A stretch of DNA of 64,000 bases from the NCBI RefSeq assembly GCF_006345805.1, contig NC_043006.1:34968001-35032000 (forward strand). Direction: 5' to 3'. The notes beneath the pieces were generated by a model. It worked only from the letters and a program-made list of their open reading frames with translations. It was not told the origin of the DNA and searched no databases. The first letter of the stretch is position 1, and every line of letters begins with the position of its first letter. This document shows, one piece after another, positions 38,550-53,691 of the stretch. A program made the translations under genes and the position numbers. Source of the stretch: Octopus sinensis (Eukaryota).

Positions 38550-40420
38550 CTGTCGTTCTAATTTGCCGAATCTATACAAGGGACAGGGCAGCAAATGCGA
38601 GCTTAGCATCACTGAAAAGTTAAACATTACAACATCAAAAACGAACATTTCAAATATCCGGGAGGAAACCCTCTCCCACGGCATGCATCAGCAACATTTC
38701 CAAAATTTCAAGCAGGAATCCCCAATTACTTTCCTGCTGCTCCAACCTGGATAGGTTTTTTCTTCTCTGAACATCAATTATATGCATTACACGAACTTCA
38801 TGCATAAAACGCACATGTCCCTTAAACTTGTCCCCCATCATATAAATATGAGGACATCACGCATATCCATGACATTATATGATACACAAAAACTTATGAA
38901 CCTTATGAACAATTTAATATCAGGGAGAAATAATCTAGGAGTTGTTCTCCCTCATATGAATAATTGTTATTTGAATAATTCTTACTTGTACCATTATGTT
39001 CTACTTTTTATTTTTGTGTTTTTCTTTCCTGTTTATAGAATAAATTTAGTTTTCTACTATCAAAGGAAGATATTATCCTAAAAATGTTGGGAGAAACTGA
39101 AAATACGAACCTGATATGTTTGTTATTTGTTATTAAATATTTTTGCATATCTAGTGTTTTAAAAGTTTTTTATTAATAATCATTCTAATAGATTTAATAA
39201 AATTTGTCTTTAATTGTTTAGCGAAAGGTATTATGATCCATGTGGTTTTATCTGGGCCTACCTTGCTTATGCATTGATTTCTAGTCAGAATATCATTTTT
39301 TGTCACACATGGTATGAGTTTCTTTCTAATTATGTTTTTATTAACATTATTACTTTTATTATTATTGTTATTATTATTGTCATTGTTAATAACTGAGCTC
39401 GTGCTGTTTATATTTTCATTTTTTGTCATTTTTATGGGTTTTTTTTCCTTTCAATGAAAACTTACTCAACAATAATATGAACAATTTTTGATATACACTA
39501 TCAAACAAATAAAACCTTTCTTATATACTATAGCTCTATATCGGATTATATATATCGGATTATATAAGTTTATAACGTAAGTAATCCCCTTTATTTCGAC
39601 TTTATTTATAAAATATTACTCGTATTGTATATATTTCTAAATTTTCTTTAAAACATACCAATACTGTGACTTACGACATTTAATACTTATTTTTGTCTAT
39701 GAATATTTAGTGGTCTGTCGACTATTATTTACAACAAGTACTTAAATTATAAACTTTATGAACTTGAATTTATTATTGAATGCTATTAAACACCATTTTT
39801 TCTAAAATTTTCTAAAGTCGAAAGGATATTTGACGGCTAAGTAAAAACTAAATTTGTACTTGAAAATTCATTCACATCCTTATTTGGATTCCTCATCGTA
39901 CATACAAATACAGCCTGACCAGTAATATAATTCATTTAAGGAGTTTTATATAGACACACATATGAGAATCCATACAATGTCAGTTTTTTATATTACATAT
40001 ATTAGCACCCACTTAGATATTTTGTTTGTTTTAATTTAAATAGGCATGACTTTAAGAACGAACACATTAATACGATATGATTACTAAGAGAAAATTTATG
40101 TACTTCTAATGTCTGTTTTAGTTACTATCCAAGCTACCAACGAGTACAAATTTGACTATTATGATTTTCTATTATGAATATCTGAGTCTTCTTGTATGAA
40201 AAAAATCGTTTAGCAACGTGAATAATAAAAACTATACTCCGTTTTAACATCTAATCTCCTCTATTTTCATAAATATGAATGAATTTGTTGAACTGTGTTT
40301 AATAAGTTAAATCATATACTTAATATTTCTATACAAGTTTTCATACCTATACAAATTTACATAAGTATATTCAAAAATAAAGTAGGAAGAAACAACGTTA
40401 GAAATCTTTGGAAAATACTT
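38550..40420 (-). pseudogene. Heavily decayed Penelope-like RT/endonuclease relic (tentative)
   Basis: AT-rich, non-microsatellite stretch. Scattered minus-strand motifs in plausible PLE order (NLYRNI, TNSFIF, KTDI, KYP, WIIIPF, LNCS..VYHI), with many stops and frameshifts. Confidence 0.38.
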
Positions 40421-40480
40421 CAATGAAAGGACAAACTCACATTCATTCATAAAACATATATATATATAAATATATATAGT

Positions 40481-40786
40481 GGAGGCGCAATAATGGCCCA
40501 GTGGTTAGGGTAGCGAACTCGCGGTCATACGATCGCAGTTTCGATTCCCAGACCGGGCGTTGTGAGTGTTTGTTGAACGAAAACACCTAAAGCTCCACGA
40601 GGCTCCGGCAGGGGGTGCTGGTGGTAAACTCTGCTGTACTCTTTCGCCACAACGTTCTCTCACTCTTTCTTCAGTTCGCTTGTTCGCTTAGCCAGTGGGG
40701 TGGCATCATATGAAGGCTAAAACAATGCGAAGTGCATTGTGTCCAGCGATGTGTAGCAACATCTGGTAGCCTGGTCGGTCACGATG
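40481..40786 (+). mobile_element. SINE family C variant with a different 3' half
   Basis: Same head and body as 28452-28836 up to CTCACTCTTTCTTC, then an unrelated tail ending CTGGTCGGTCACG followed by (TA)n. Confidence 0.82.
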
Positions 40787-40862
<76 letters not shown>

Positions 40863-40879
40863 CAGATTTTCATATTTAT

Positions 40880-41330
40880 ATCTATCAACGCTAAATATTA
40901 GTCGACAGACCCCTAAATCTGAGTCAGCCAAAATTGTTTCAAATTTCTCTCTGTTGTTTTATATCAGCTCTATTGTTGCAGAGAATGACCTCGTACGAAG
41001 GTCACCTCACAATGTATGCCGTCATGATTGGGTGATGGCATACACCATTGGTGAGTGAGAAGTTTTCCCTAAGTGTCCAGACAACTGAACTCTCAGCCTC
41101 CTTCATGTTTGACTTTCCATTTTTGCCACGAAATCTACGGAAAATCCAGCAAATAATTTTGCCTCAGTTCGAAAACCCAAGGGAACAGTGCTTGTCTTAT
41201 CTCCCTTAATTTACGAAGCACCTTTGTATAAATCCTATAATTTATCCTATAATTTATCCTCGTCACTATCTTCTCTCCGATCAGTTTCTGTAATGAAAAC
41301 CCTCATATTATTTTCGTCTACTTATTTTCA
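40880..41330 (-). mobile_element. Old mariner N-terminal relic
   Basis: The minus frame reads KHCSLGFSN*GK...VWTLRENFSLT...QQREI, resembling the mariner DNA-binding region (RHxLLFxFxxG...WFxxFRxGNFSL...REIA). Confidence 0.5.
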
Positions 41331-41370
41331 TATATTCCGTTCCTTGGCATCCATTCGTTATGACTAATTG

Positions 41371-41435
<65 letters not shown>

Positions 41436-41446
41436 CATACACACAC

Positions 41447-41491
<45 letters not shown>

Positions 41492-41597
41492 TGCGTATAT
41501 ATACACAAATATATGAGCTTCTTGTGGGGGTACGCGTATGTGTGTTAGTGTGTGTGTGTGTTCTGTATGTGTGTGTTCTGTGTGTGTGTGTGTGTGT

Positions 41598-41652
<55 letters not shown>

Positions 41653-42263
41653 GTTCGTGCACATGGGAACACAATTCTCTATTTTTAGAAGCAAGTGCAT
41701 ATCAGTTTCATCAACCTCTGGCTAAAATATGAACAGTATCCCCAACCACACTTTCTTCCCCTTTATCTATCTCCTTCCTCATACTCTCTCTCTCTCTCTC
41801 TTTCTCTCTCCCTCTGTGTTCTTGCTTGCTCTGCCTCCTCTCTTTCATCGTTTCTGTAAATAAACTATTTAAAGAGAAGTCCCCTTACTCTATAATCCTC
41901 CTCGTCCATTCTCCATCTCTCCCTTTCACTCTCTGTCTCTCACTCACACAGCCTCTTACCCTCTAACTCCCAATATCTTTCCCTCTTACTCGTTCTCTCT
42001 CGCTTATTCTCTCTCTCTCTCTCTCTTACCCTCTTACTCTCTCTCTCTCTCACCTCTTACTCTATCTCTCAAACTTTCTCTCTCTCACTCTTACCCTCTT
42101 GCTCTCTCCGTTTGTCTCTTTCTCTATGTCTCGCTCTTACTTTCTCTCTTTCTTCCTCTTCCTCCCTCCACTGCTACCATCTTTAAATATACATATCACA
42201 GAATGTAGATTATTAAACCTAATTCTACGTGAACTTTGTAATCTCGTCCACATACGCCCGCAG

Positions 42264-42304
<41 letters not shown>

Positions 42305-43029
42305 CTATCTATTTATCTATCTATCTATCTGTCTATCACTAATCTCTCTCTCTCTCTCTCACTCTGTCTCTCCTTCTCTCTCGAGCACTCATTCTTTCTC
42401 TTCCGCACTCTTTCACTCACATTCTTCTTCACTTTTTTTTCTTTCTGGTAGCGTCTTTGCCAGTTTCCCATATTTTTACTCAATCAATGATTAAATGAGT
42501 CTATTAGTCTGATATAAATAGCAAAATCCTTGCTCGCTATATATAGCTGAGCGCTTATTTTTCTCATATTATGAAGATATCGCAAATATCACTAGCTTTT
42601 GGATAAACATAATGTCGTCACTGATAGATTTGATACGCTGGACTATAGCTATTATCTACCTACCTACTTTATATATATATGGCTGTGTGGTAAGTCGCTT
42701 GCTTACCAACCACATGGTTCCGGGTTCAGTCCCACTGCGTGGCACCTTATGCAAGTATCTGCTACTATAGCCTCGGGCCGACCAAAGACTGGCGAGTGGA
42801 TTTGGTAGACTGAAGCTGAAAGGAGCCCGTCGTATATATGTATCTCTGTGTGTATGTGTGCGTGTGTGTGTATGTGTGCGTGTGTGTGTATGTGTGTAAT
42901 GTATGTGTGTGTGTGTGTGTGTGTTTAATTAAATAACACAGAGGAAAAACCTTCAGGGATGCTATGCAAAGCTCGTCCACAGTTATTGGCTACCTCATGT
43001 CTCCATATAGTGAAAATGGTTTTGCAACT

Positions 43030-43117
<88 letters not shown>

Positions 43118-44274
43118 TCATGCATATTGATGCATAGGTATACTGTTACACTTACATAATTGCTGTAACTCATTTTCGAGCAATGCTTAATTGCTCACTT
43201 GAAGATGAAGAGCCTAAAATTGATTTTTCGATCAGGTAAAAGACCTACACTCTTTTGCAAAAATGTGGTAGCGATGGCTGCCTCTTGCAGTAGTTGTTGA
43301 GAGAATTTATCCTCTATTTGGGAACATCTCTTCATTCCATCGCGGTATTCTTCACTCAGTGCTTCACATTTCTCGTCTAGGGGTCATCTAAATCATACAA
43401 AACATAATAGACCCAAATGATATATATGTCACAATTTTTTGGAAATGAAGTAAGTCTTTGTAAAGGACTAATCTTACTCCTTAAACCTTTTGTGCTTTTG
43501 CCCCAAAAGAAATACTATTTTACATCATTGGAGGCAAATGAAGTTGCAGCTGTTGCATTAGCAGTTTCCTTCTCCGAGAAACACGAGAAAGAAAGACTAA
43601 ATTTCCACCACTCCCACGTGATGTACGGCTGTTCATTGCTGAAGTCATCCGACATTTGACAGGTTTTGTTTCTCATTCCACAACAAAATGCCACCTCCTC
43701 TTTACTAAGCAGGTTCCTTTGGATTACCGATTTAACCGACGACGATACGACAATACGACTCGTTGTACTAGTTCACACGTTACCAGTAACACTGCGGGTG
43801 ACCTAACATAATATAAATACATGCAAACAAAATCATACGTACTTTCTCCCGGAAATATTTCGGCAGCGAAAGATTTACTCGTGTCCGAACGCATGCGAAC
43901 GGGTTGAATATGACTTTACTCGAATATATCTTATTGGAAGCTACTTAGTTCGACATTATCCCTTTCATTCTAGCTAGACCAAGCTTTGCATACATAAGCA
44001 AGTGTAAGGTATTTTGATGAGAATAAATTCGTTGTAATCAGACTGTGGATGGCACATTTGGTGTTCGTAGTCGCCGAAGCAAAAGAACACAGAAGCACAT
44101 ACATTATACGATCCAATGACGTCATTCACGACCCATTATGGAGGCTCACGCAGACCTAATTCCACAACAGATGTTCTTCTCGTGTTCAAATGCGTGCGAA
44201 CCGCTTAAATATAGCTTTACATGAATATATGTTATTAAACCCTGCTTCGTGCGGCAAAATATACGTTATATATA

Positions 44275-44305
<31 letters not shown>

Positions 44306-44317
44306 ATGTATGTATAA

Positions 44318-44378
<61 letters not shown>

Positions 44379-44545
44379 TAATGTATGCGTGTGTATGTGT
44401 GAGTGTTTAATTTATTTAGATTATTCATCTGAAGATGGTTCTGGTTTCTCACAAAGATAGAAAGCTCCGTCTGTGAAACGTAGATAGCCAGAACTATGTC
44501 ACGCTTTGGACTTGAGGAAAGTCTTGCGCGTGTATGAATACATAC

Positions 44546-44595
<50 letters not shown>

Positions 44596-44767
44596 GTATG
44601 TTTTTATTTTCACTCTCGATAAATTTATCCCTTTTTTGTGTCCCTATCACTTGGCATCCTTATTTAGGAGTCCTTAATTATATTTCTATATGAATAATAT
44701 TTTGTCTAATGACAAATTCGTCTTTTGTGCGGAGCCACTGGTAGTAATCTATATTATTACTTTTTTG

Positions 44768-44819
<52 letters not shown>

Positions 44820-45199
44820 TAATAAGTATGTGTGTATATGTGTGTGCGTGAATGCACATGTATGTAGGTATTATATAAGTTTATAATACGCATGTATATA
44901 AAAGTCGACTGTAAGGTGCTCCTTATCTAATAACCTGAAGGTTTTAGCGTCAACGAGGCGAAAAACAGTGATTAGACTACAGTTTAATTTCTCGTTTTAG
45001 AGGTAAATATTATTTTTGTGATAAGATCTGAAAAGTCTAGAAACATTTCACTTCGATTACAGCTTTTCTTATTCGACTTGAAGTTACACTTTTCATAAGA
45101 AAGCGAAAGTCCTAAAATGGTTTGTTTCAGAAAAGAAAGCGCAGTTTACATTTCAAATAATCGGAAACATTTGTTTTGTGCTGTTTTTTTTTTTTTCAT

Positions 45200-45410
45200 G
45201 AAGGTGGCGAGCTGGCAGAATCGTTAGCACGCAGGGCGAAATAGCGGTATTTCGTCTGTCTTTACGTTCTGAGTTCAAATTCCGATGAGGTCGACTTTGC
45301 CTTTCATCCTTTCGGGGACGATAAATTATGTACCCGTTGCGTGCTGGATTCGATCTAATCGACTGGCCTCCTTCCCTAAAATTTCGGGCCTTGTGCCTAG
45401 AGTAGAAAAG
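45200..45410 (+). mobile_element. SINE family A monomer (other copies at ~6170-6320 -, 26878-27020 +, 30408-30615 +, 45995-46130 -, 53272-53480 +)
   Basis: Runs from GGTGGCGAGCTGGCAGAATCGTTAGCAC through GAGTTCAAATTCC and CTTTCATCCTTTCGGGG to GCCTAGAGTAGAAAAG. Confidence 0.85.
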
Positions 45411-46494
45411 ATTATATTATTCCATGTAATCAGGTGGATGCAGTGTCAGGAAGTTACACTCAGGAAGTCTGCATTTGGGACGCACAGTCGATTGGGCGCA
45501 AGCGGTGAAGATTTGGCGCGGTTGAATGGCAATTTGGCCTGTTTTGGAAACAGTAAATTTTCGTCACTTGGCTAACACACATAAACAAACACACATACAC
45601 ACAGACACGTAAACACACCCACACACACGCACACAGACACGCACATACGTACACAAACATACACACAAACACAGACACGCTCACGCACACAGACAAGCAC
45701 ACACACACACGCACACATAAGCACACACACAAATACATACACAAACACACACACAAACGCACACGCAAGCTCACAAACAAAGACACGTACACACTCACAC
45801 AAACACACACACACTCACGCACACATACACGCACACATACGCACGCACACACAAAAATATACACAAACGCACACACAAGCTCACGCACACAGACACGTAC
45901 ACACACATACACACAAACACACACACACTCACGCACACAGACACGCAAACACGCAAACACACATGCAGATAGTGAAAGTGTAAGAGAAACCCAAGTGTTT
46001 CAAATGGTTCTTATCTCATCGACCCAGGAACGATGAAAGGCAAAGTCAACACCGGCAGCATTTGAACTCAGAGCGTAAGGTCGGATGAAGAGTCGCCGGC
46101 AGTAACGATTCTGCTAGCTCGCTGCCTTAGAATAGCAGAACACTATAATACAAAGGTGAAGCGTCAGGATTGATCTTACAAATTAAAATCGGTTAATTAA
46201 CTTAGATTCATTTTAGAATTCTTTCGTTCTACATCACCACAGCCTTTAATTGGAAATAATATTTTCACTTCGGCAGAAGGCTGCAGGCAATAAGTGAAAA
46301 ATAAGGTCAATGAATTTACAAGTAATTAAATAATGCTTGACATTTCGACCGCGTTCCATAGTTTCTGCGAATCAAAGATTTTGCTTTGATTTGGTTCGGT
46401 TTTTGGTTTTGGTTTTTAAGTTCAGCACATGACAGCGGAATCGACAGAGCAACCGAGGCAATGGCTAGCATTTAATCTTCAATTTTTTAGTTGT

Positions 46495-46855
46495 TTGAGT
46501 CACTAGACTGCGACCATACTGGGGTACTGCCTTCAAAGACCTTTTTTTTTCTTTTTTGTCAAATGAATCGACCCCAGTAATTTTTTTGTAAGCCTGGTAC
46601 TTATTCTATCGGTCTTTTTGCCAAACCGCAAAGTTATGAGAACGTTAACACACCAACACCGGTCGTCAAGCGGTGCATAAATACAGACACGAAGTCACAC
46701 ACACACACACATATACAATGGAGTTCTTTCAGCTTCCGTCAAAATCCACTTGCAAGCGGTCTGAGGTTCTAGTAAAAGATACTTGCCCAAGGTGTCACGC
46801 TTTAAGACTGAGCTCGGAGCCATGTGGCTAGAACGCAAGCTTCTTACCACACAGC
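46495..46855 (-). mobile_element. SINE family B
   Basis: Both halves recognisable in reverse complement. Confidence 0.75.
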
Positions 46856-47024
46856 AAAGAGTTCATATCTCATAGAGGTCTATTTTATCATTTAATCCCT
46901 TCATTGGCCATACAAACAATAGCGCTCAAGTACTGCGGTCTAATGTTTCTTTGAGCAAATTGCGATGAAGTCTGAAATTCACATCGTATTAATACTTAGC
47001 CGTGAGATTAACAAGCCTGCGTTA

Positions 47025-47440
47025 CTACTTCGTTGCTTTGGGTTCAGTCCCACTGCACGACACTCTGGATAAGTGTTTTTTTCACAATAGCCACGAACTG
47101 ATCTGTGCCTTGAGAGAATTTGCTATAAGAAAATTTTGTGAAACTTCACTGTGTGTGTATATATATTTTTTGTCTGTGTGTGTGCCTATATGTGTATATG
47201 CCTCTGTGTATATGTCTGTGCGTGTGTGGCTGTGTGTGCCTAAGTGTATGCCTGTGTGTGTGCTTGTGTGTGTATCTGTGTATCTTTGTCCGCCCCACCT
47301 CGGTTCGACAGCCACTATTCGCAAAAGAGATTGATAGAATGAGGACCACACTTATAAATAAAAAGACCGGATTCGATTTGTTTGACTATAAAAAGAGCAT
47401 TGAACGCGTTGCCCCAGCATGACCGCAGTCAAATGAATGT
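47025..47440 (+). mobile_element. SINE family B
   Basis: GGGTTCAGTCCCACTGC head, (TG)-rich spacer, CCAGCATGACCGCAGTC tail. Confidence 0.7.
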
Positions 47441-47752
47441 AATACATAAACGACTGTTGTTTCGCTTTTGTTTCATTCTCTTATTTTCAATATAGAATTA
47501 TACGTGACTTCTTCACATAGATGTAAGCACAATGTGTTGTCATTATGTACAAATCACGTTTTGACAGTTAATAAAGAAATTGAAACTATTAAGTCTTTAA
47601 TTGCTACAACTATTATTTATGGTATTTCCATGAAAAACGGCATTTTTCTTCTAATGCTTCCGAGCTAGACTTCTTTATCTACGTCTATTTATTTCCGGTT
47701 ATCGCGAATTTAATTAAATCACTCGGTGGTTGCCAGTGAGACATATCCTCCA

Positions 47753-47820
<68 letters not shown>

Positions 47821-48317
47821 CCATCACCATCATCTTCATCATCATCATCACCATCATCATCTTCATCGTCATATCTTCATCGTGGTAGTCGTCATCACCA
47901 TCATCAACAACAACAGCAACAACCAAAACAAACCCCTGTATGTTGCTATCTCGACTCATAGAACTCGCAGGACTGGTCACTCGGCTTCCATGGCGTTTCA
48001 GTGGCCGAGATGAGAGCATACATTGCTCCTGTGCGCGACACCAATCGGATGTAAGTTTACTAATTGACAGCCGAGTAGACGGGATTAACGTGAAGTGTTT
48101 TGTCCGGTCCGAGATTGAAACCACGATCTTCCGATTTAGAGTGCAATACTCTATCTACTTGGCCACGAACCTTCACAGAGAGGCACAAGAGTCGGTTAAG
48201 TTCCAATATTTTTTCCCTTTCTGGCTAAGTTATAATGTATAGAAAATAGTGAGATCCGTCGCAGCGAACAAAATGCTATGCGCTATTTTGCTACCTTCTA
48301 TTTTTACCTTTTTCTCC

Positions 48318-48760
48318 AGGCGCAGGCGTGGCTTTCACGAATGAAATTATACTTACCAACCACATGGTTCCAGGTTCAGTCTCACTGTGTGTCACTTTGG
48401 GCAAGTGTCTTCAATGATAGCCTCAGGCTGACTAAAGCCTTGTGAGTGGATTGGGTAGACGGAATCTGGAAGAAGCCCGTCATATATACGTATATATCTA
48501 TGTGTGTGTGTGTGTGTGTGTATGTGTGTTTGTGTGTATGTATGTGTCTTTGTCACTGTGCTTGCCCTCCACCACCGCTTGACAACCTGTGTTGGTGTCT
48601 TTACATCTCTGTAACTTAGCGGTTCAACAAAAGAGAAATATAGAATAACTATCACGATTAGAGATTTAAAAAATAGGTACGGAGGACAATTCATTCAATT
48701 AAAAATCATTCGAGGTGGTGCTCCAGCATGGCCACAGTCTAATAACTGAAACACGTAATT
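48318..48760 (+). mobile_element. SINE family B
   Basis: GGCGCAGGCGTGGC head to GCTCCAGCATGGCCACAGTCTAATAACTGAAAC tail. Confidence 0.8.
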
Positions 48761-49914
48761 GATAAAAAGCAAAAGGTAACTTTGCTTTTCTTCTGTCCGG
48801 GATCGATACATCGATATGTTGAATACCAACAAGATATTGGTGTTGATTTAATCGACAATACATCTCTTCTGAAATGTAATGACTTTTTACGATATTGGAG
48901 ACAGATATTATAATGTATGCGTTTATAATTATATATACATATATAAAGATTCTGTTAGACATACACGCATTAAACATACCAATACTACGTGTTCTTAATA
49001 AAAAAAATAAAAAAGGAGCGTAGCAATGTGTCTCCATTGAGTATATAGGAAGACAATGAACTGCTCAGAGTGACCTCATAACGAGCGACTTTCACTGTTG
49101 CTAACAATAATAAACTGTACGGTTCATTAAGCTAGATTTATTAAAATATGACCATTTTATGTGTTACATATATTGAATTTTCGAATTAGTGAACGATGGC
49201 GGTCGTCTGCGTTTCTGATAAATTGTCGTGGGAATTAAAGAGAGAGAGAGAGAGACGGACGGGGTTGGGGAATATGAATGCTTGTGTGTTTGTGTGGAAG
49301 AGCGGGAAAATGAAGGTTGGATGTTAGTCAAAACGAGACGGCGAATGAGAAATAAGAGAGGAAGAGAGATGAAAGGAGACAGGAGAGAGAATCAGAGAGA
49401 AATACCAAGGGAAACAGAGAGAGACTGATACAAAGATAGAGACAGGGGTGGAAAGAGGCGTAGGATGTGGGACAGGAAAAGAGAAAGACAGAAAGATATC
49501 GAGAGAGTAAGAGATAAACGGTGGCAGTAAGAGAAACACAACGAGAAGGAAAGAGAGGGAATGATATACATCTATGCGTGTGTGTGTATGTGTATGTATG
49601 TACGTATGTACGTATGTATGTAGGTAGGTATCTATATGAACTTTTATATGTATCTGTGTGTGTATTTGTATGCAAACGTTAAAAATAAATGGCAAAAGAG
49701 AAAACGTGAGTGAGAGAGCGAGAGAGAGAGAAATAGTGGTTTTGCATATGAGAAAAGTGGAGGTAGTTAGCAACATAGAAACCATGCGTCTGTGTGTATA
49801 TGTTTGAGTGCATGCGTGTGCGTATGTCTGTGTGTGTGTGCATGTGTCTGTGTATGCGTGTGTGTGAGTTTGCATACACATACATTCACATACACACACG
49901 CATGTTTTATCTTT

Positions 49915-50121
49915 TATCTCTTATTTCGGTTATTAGACTGCGGCCATACTGGAGCACTGCCTTCAGAAGTTTCTAGTCGAATGAATTGATCCCAGTAGTT
50001 CTTTTTTTAACCTGGGACTTATACATTCGGTATATTGCCGAACCGCCAAGTAACGGGGACGTAAACACACCGATACCGGTTGTCAAGCTGCCAGACACTG
50101 ACGTAAAGATATGCACGCACG

Positions 50122-50153
<32 letters not shown>

Positions 50154-50335
50154 CTCTCACACACACACATACACACATATATACATCTACGTCGGGCTTC
50201 TTTCGGTTTCTATTTACCAAATTCACTCAGAAGGTGTTGGTTGTTCTGAGGCTATAGTAGAAGACATTTACTCGACGTACCGTGCCGTGCCGCTGCGTGG
50301 CACTGAACCTGCAACAGTATAAGCAAAAATGAACT
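49915..50335 (-). mobile_element. SINE family B
   Basis: Both halves in reverse complement around (CA)n. Confidence 0.75.
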
Positions 50336-50879
50336 GAAAAGAATTCTTCAGAATACCTTGGAGTATATATTTGAACGATATAGACAAATATAGGTATGTG
50401 AAATAACATACATCATAAAATCATTATTTAATTATATTATCTCCGCCTTGAAAAGGGGAGATAATCTCCAGATTCAGTAAAATCTCCACACTTGACATAG
50501 CATTAAGGAACAGAACGGTGTTATTGTTGAAAGATAAGAGAATATTCTGTGTGAAAATTTGATATCCAATTCTGATTGTCTCCTTTGTTGAAGCTGATTG
50601 ACAAAGCATATCGCGACTTTTGTTCGTAGAAACCAGACAGGTCCCAATGGACAATATTTTCCCCTCTGTTCCATATTAATGACGCTGACAAATATTGCAG
50701 CTTTGTATATTTTAACTTTGAACTGTTCATTTAGCACTCAGTGGCTGCTGATGTCTCAGCTTAGATCTGTCAAGTTCATTGCACTCAACATCTGTGTGTT
50801 TATCTGTGTGCGCGTGCGCGTATGCGCGCGTGTAAACATATACGATCAAACACAACCTTACACATGAACATATATATAC

Positions 50880-51262
50880 TTTTCTACTCTAAGCACAAGG
50901 CCCGAAATTTGGTGGGATGAGGCCAGTTGGTCAGATCGAAACCAGAACGCAACTGGTAATTAATTTATTGACCCCGAAAGGAGTCGACCTCGATAGAATT
51001 TGAACTCAGAACATTAAGACAGACGAAATACCTATTTCTTTACCACCCACAAGGGGCTAAACACAGAGCGGACAAACAAGAACAGACAAACGGATTAAGT
51101 CGATTATATCGACCCCAGTTCGTAACTGGTACTTATTTAATCGACCCCGAAAGGATTAAAGGCAAAGTCGACCTCGGTGGAATTTGAACTCAGAACGTAG
51201 CGGCAGACGAAATACCGTTAAGCATTTCGCCCGATGTGTTAACTTTTCTGCCAGCTCGCCGC
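50880..51262 (-). mobile_element. SINE family A dimer
   Basis: Same structure; junction GTGGTAAAGAAATA|GGTATTTCGTC. Confidence 0.85.
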
Positions 51263-53575
51263 ACATATATAGACATATGCATACATATATATGTACATAT
51301 CTATATGTATACCTATTTATGTGTGTGTATGTGTTTGTATGTATATCTATGTATATATAAATATATCCATATACAACGATAGATAGATATAGATACATAC
51401 ATACAATACACATGCATATGCATATACAGACATATATATTAGTCTACAGTATTGCTTAACCACAATTAGTCATGGCTAATCAATGCATTGAAACCAGAAC
51501 CATATACAGTACTGGGCCTCTTATCCGACTTCCAGAAATCCATCAATAATAAACAATATTAAGCAATACTCTTTATCCTGGATTGAGTAAAGAGAGCTGT
51601 TTTTGAAGCTGGTTAATTTGCATGCAGTGTGTTAGAAACAGTTTGGTACTTTACTTAGGTTTATTGATAACGATTAAATATATTCAGCATCAGAAACGTA
51701 TTAATTTGCACCTGTAAGCTTTAAATACAATTATTTTCTTCCTTTAATTTTCATCCGACAAACATTATACTTTATACATGATAGATTATGATAAATGCGA
51801 AGAGTTTTAAATGTTTTAGCAAATATCAAACAAACCCTGCTTTAGAAGTCTTTTAATTACCACTTAGTTCTTTCCATAGTTTATTTTATATTTTCAGTCT
51901 GTATTTAGGCTGTCTCTCTAAAAAAATCGGAATAATTTAGATATCCGGTTCGTTTCCGGCCCCAAGCTCGTCAGGTATTTAGTCTCGTACACTACTTTCA
52001 CTCTTACTCATAAATTGTGCATTCTGCTGGACATTAGGCAGTGAAAAACGCCCTATCTTTGTTTTAAGCTGGAAACTGCAGTTTCCGGTTTATTTGTCTT
52101 CTAATTATATGGCCTATCCTATTCTTGGGGACAGCCAGATGATAGATTTTGTCTTTGGTCTCCAGTTCAGCCCTCAACTGCTGATCTGGGTTAAGTAATA
52201 ACAAAAACTACAATCTATATACAAGTTACATACTATCGAAAAAAGGATTAAAGATTCTTCCCTTGCTATGGGCTCATTAGAGCGAATTCTGTGGCGCCGA
52301 TATTCTCCACCTTGGCCTGGGCACCGGGCACTCAAAGGATCAGTCAATTTTACCTGCTGATCGAACTGGAGCAGCGTGAACCGAATAGTTGCTACAAGAT
52401 CACAACGCATCGTTTGATCCAGGAGTCGAAACTGCAATCTTATGATCATGATTGCAACACCCTAACGAGTGACCCACATGCCACCACGCTTAATACTCTA
52501 ACCATTATATGCACGAGTTGTATGTAATACGAACGATTGCTCAGAGCACAGCACATTACTAGGCAGACGTAGATTGTGAGGAGTCATGCCCAGACGGTGT
52601 ATAGATTTCTGTTTTTCTCAGAACAAGAGTTTTTTTTAGAAAACAAATGAAACTGTCGCACTCATGGGGCAATGTTAATCGAGGTGGTTCCGAAAATAGG
52701 TAGCTGAAATGGATGACCAAGAACAAACGTTCGTGTGGTCATTTGACCTGCTGATAAAAGCAGCCAGATCGCATTTAAATCGAATGCCATCGTCTTAAAG
52801 TTATGGAGGATGTATAAGACAATGTAGTTTTGTATAAACTAGTCTTCTGTCAGTAACGATAAAGAGGGTTCCATTTGATCAGATCATCGGGACAAGCTTG
52901 CACATGGAATTAATATGCAAGTGGTTGAGAACTACACAGTCACACACATGTTTAACGTACTTCTCAGGGAGATTCAGTGTGACACAGAATGTGAAAAAGC
53001 TGACCCTTTGAATGACAGATGCAACTCATTTTTGTCAGCTGAGTGGAATGGAGCAATGCGAAGTAAAATGTCTTGCTCAAGAACACAACGCGACGCCAGG
53101 AACCGAACTCGTGATATTACGGTCATCAGCTGAATGCCTTCACTATTAAGCGAGGCGCATTCATTTAAAAAAAATCACAAAATCCTTAACAATAACCATC
53201 AGCAACAACAACAAAACCCACAACAACAAGAGCACCAACAGCAACAACAACATGAATATTAACGACGGCAAGAGCGGTAACTTGGCTGAATTGTTTCTAC
53301 GTCAGGCAAAATTCTTTGCGGTACCCTCGTCCATTTTTACATTCTAAGTTCAAATTCTGCCCAGGTCGACTTTGCCTCTCATCCATCCAGGTTGATAAAA
53401 CAAGTACCAGTTTTACAATGAGGTCAATGTAATCGATGGACGCCATCCCTCAAAATTTCTGTCCTAACTTTGAAATCAATATTAGCAATGACAACAGCAA
53501 AACAATATTTACAATATGGCGTTTCGGCGAACCAATCTTTATTAATCCGCTTCTCTTCGTTTTCTTTCCAATCTC

Positions 53576-53691
<116 letters not shown>

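Noticed and set aside
40982-41050. Apparent 69-nt symmetric plus-strand exon (TTGCAG|...ATTG|GTGAGT)
   Set aside because: It lies antisense within the mariner relic at 40880-41330 and the peptide is unrecognisable. Exonisation cannot be excluded without RNA data.
22924-44124. Three perfect TGACGTCA (CRE) sites at 22924, 32248 and 44117
   Set aside because: Widely dispersed and close to chance expectation for a 64-kb window; no clustering.
44410-44480. CTGAAGA...GAAACGTA hammerhead-like spacing
   Set aside because: No convincing stem I or stem II.
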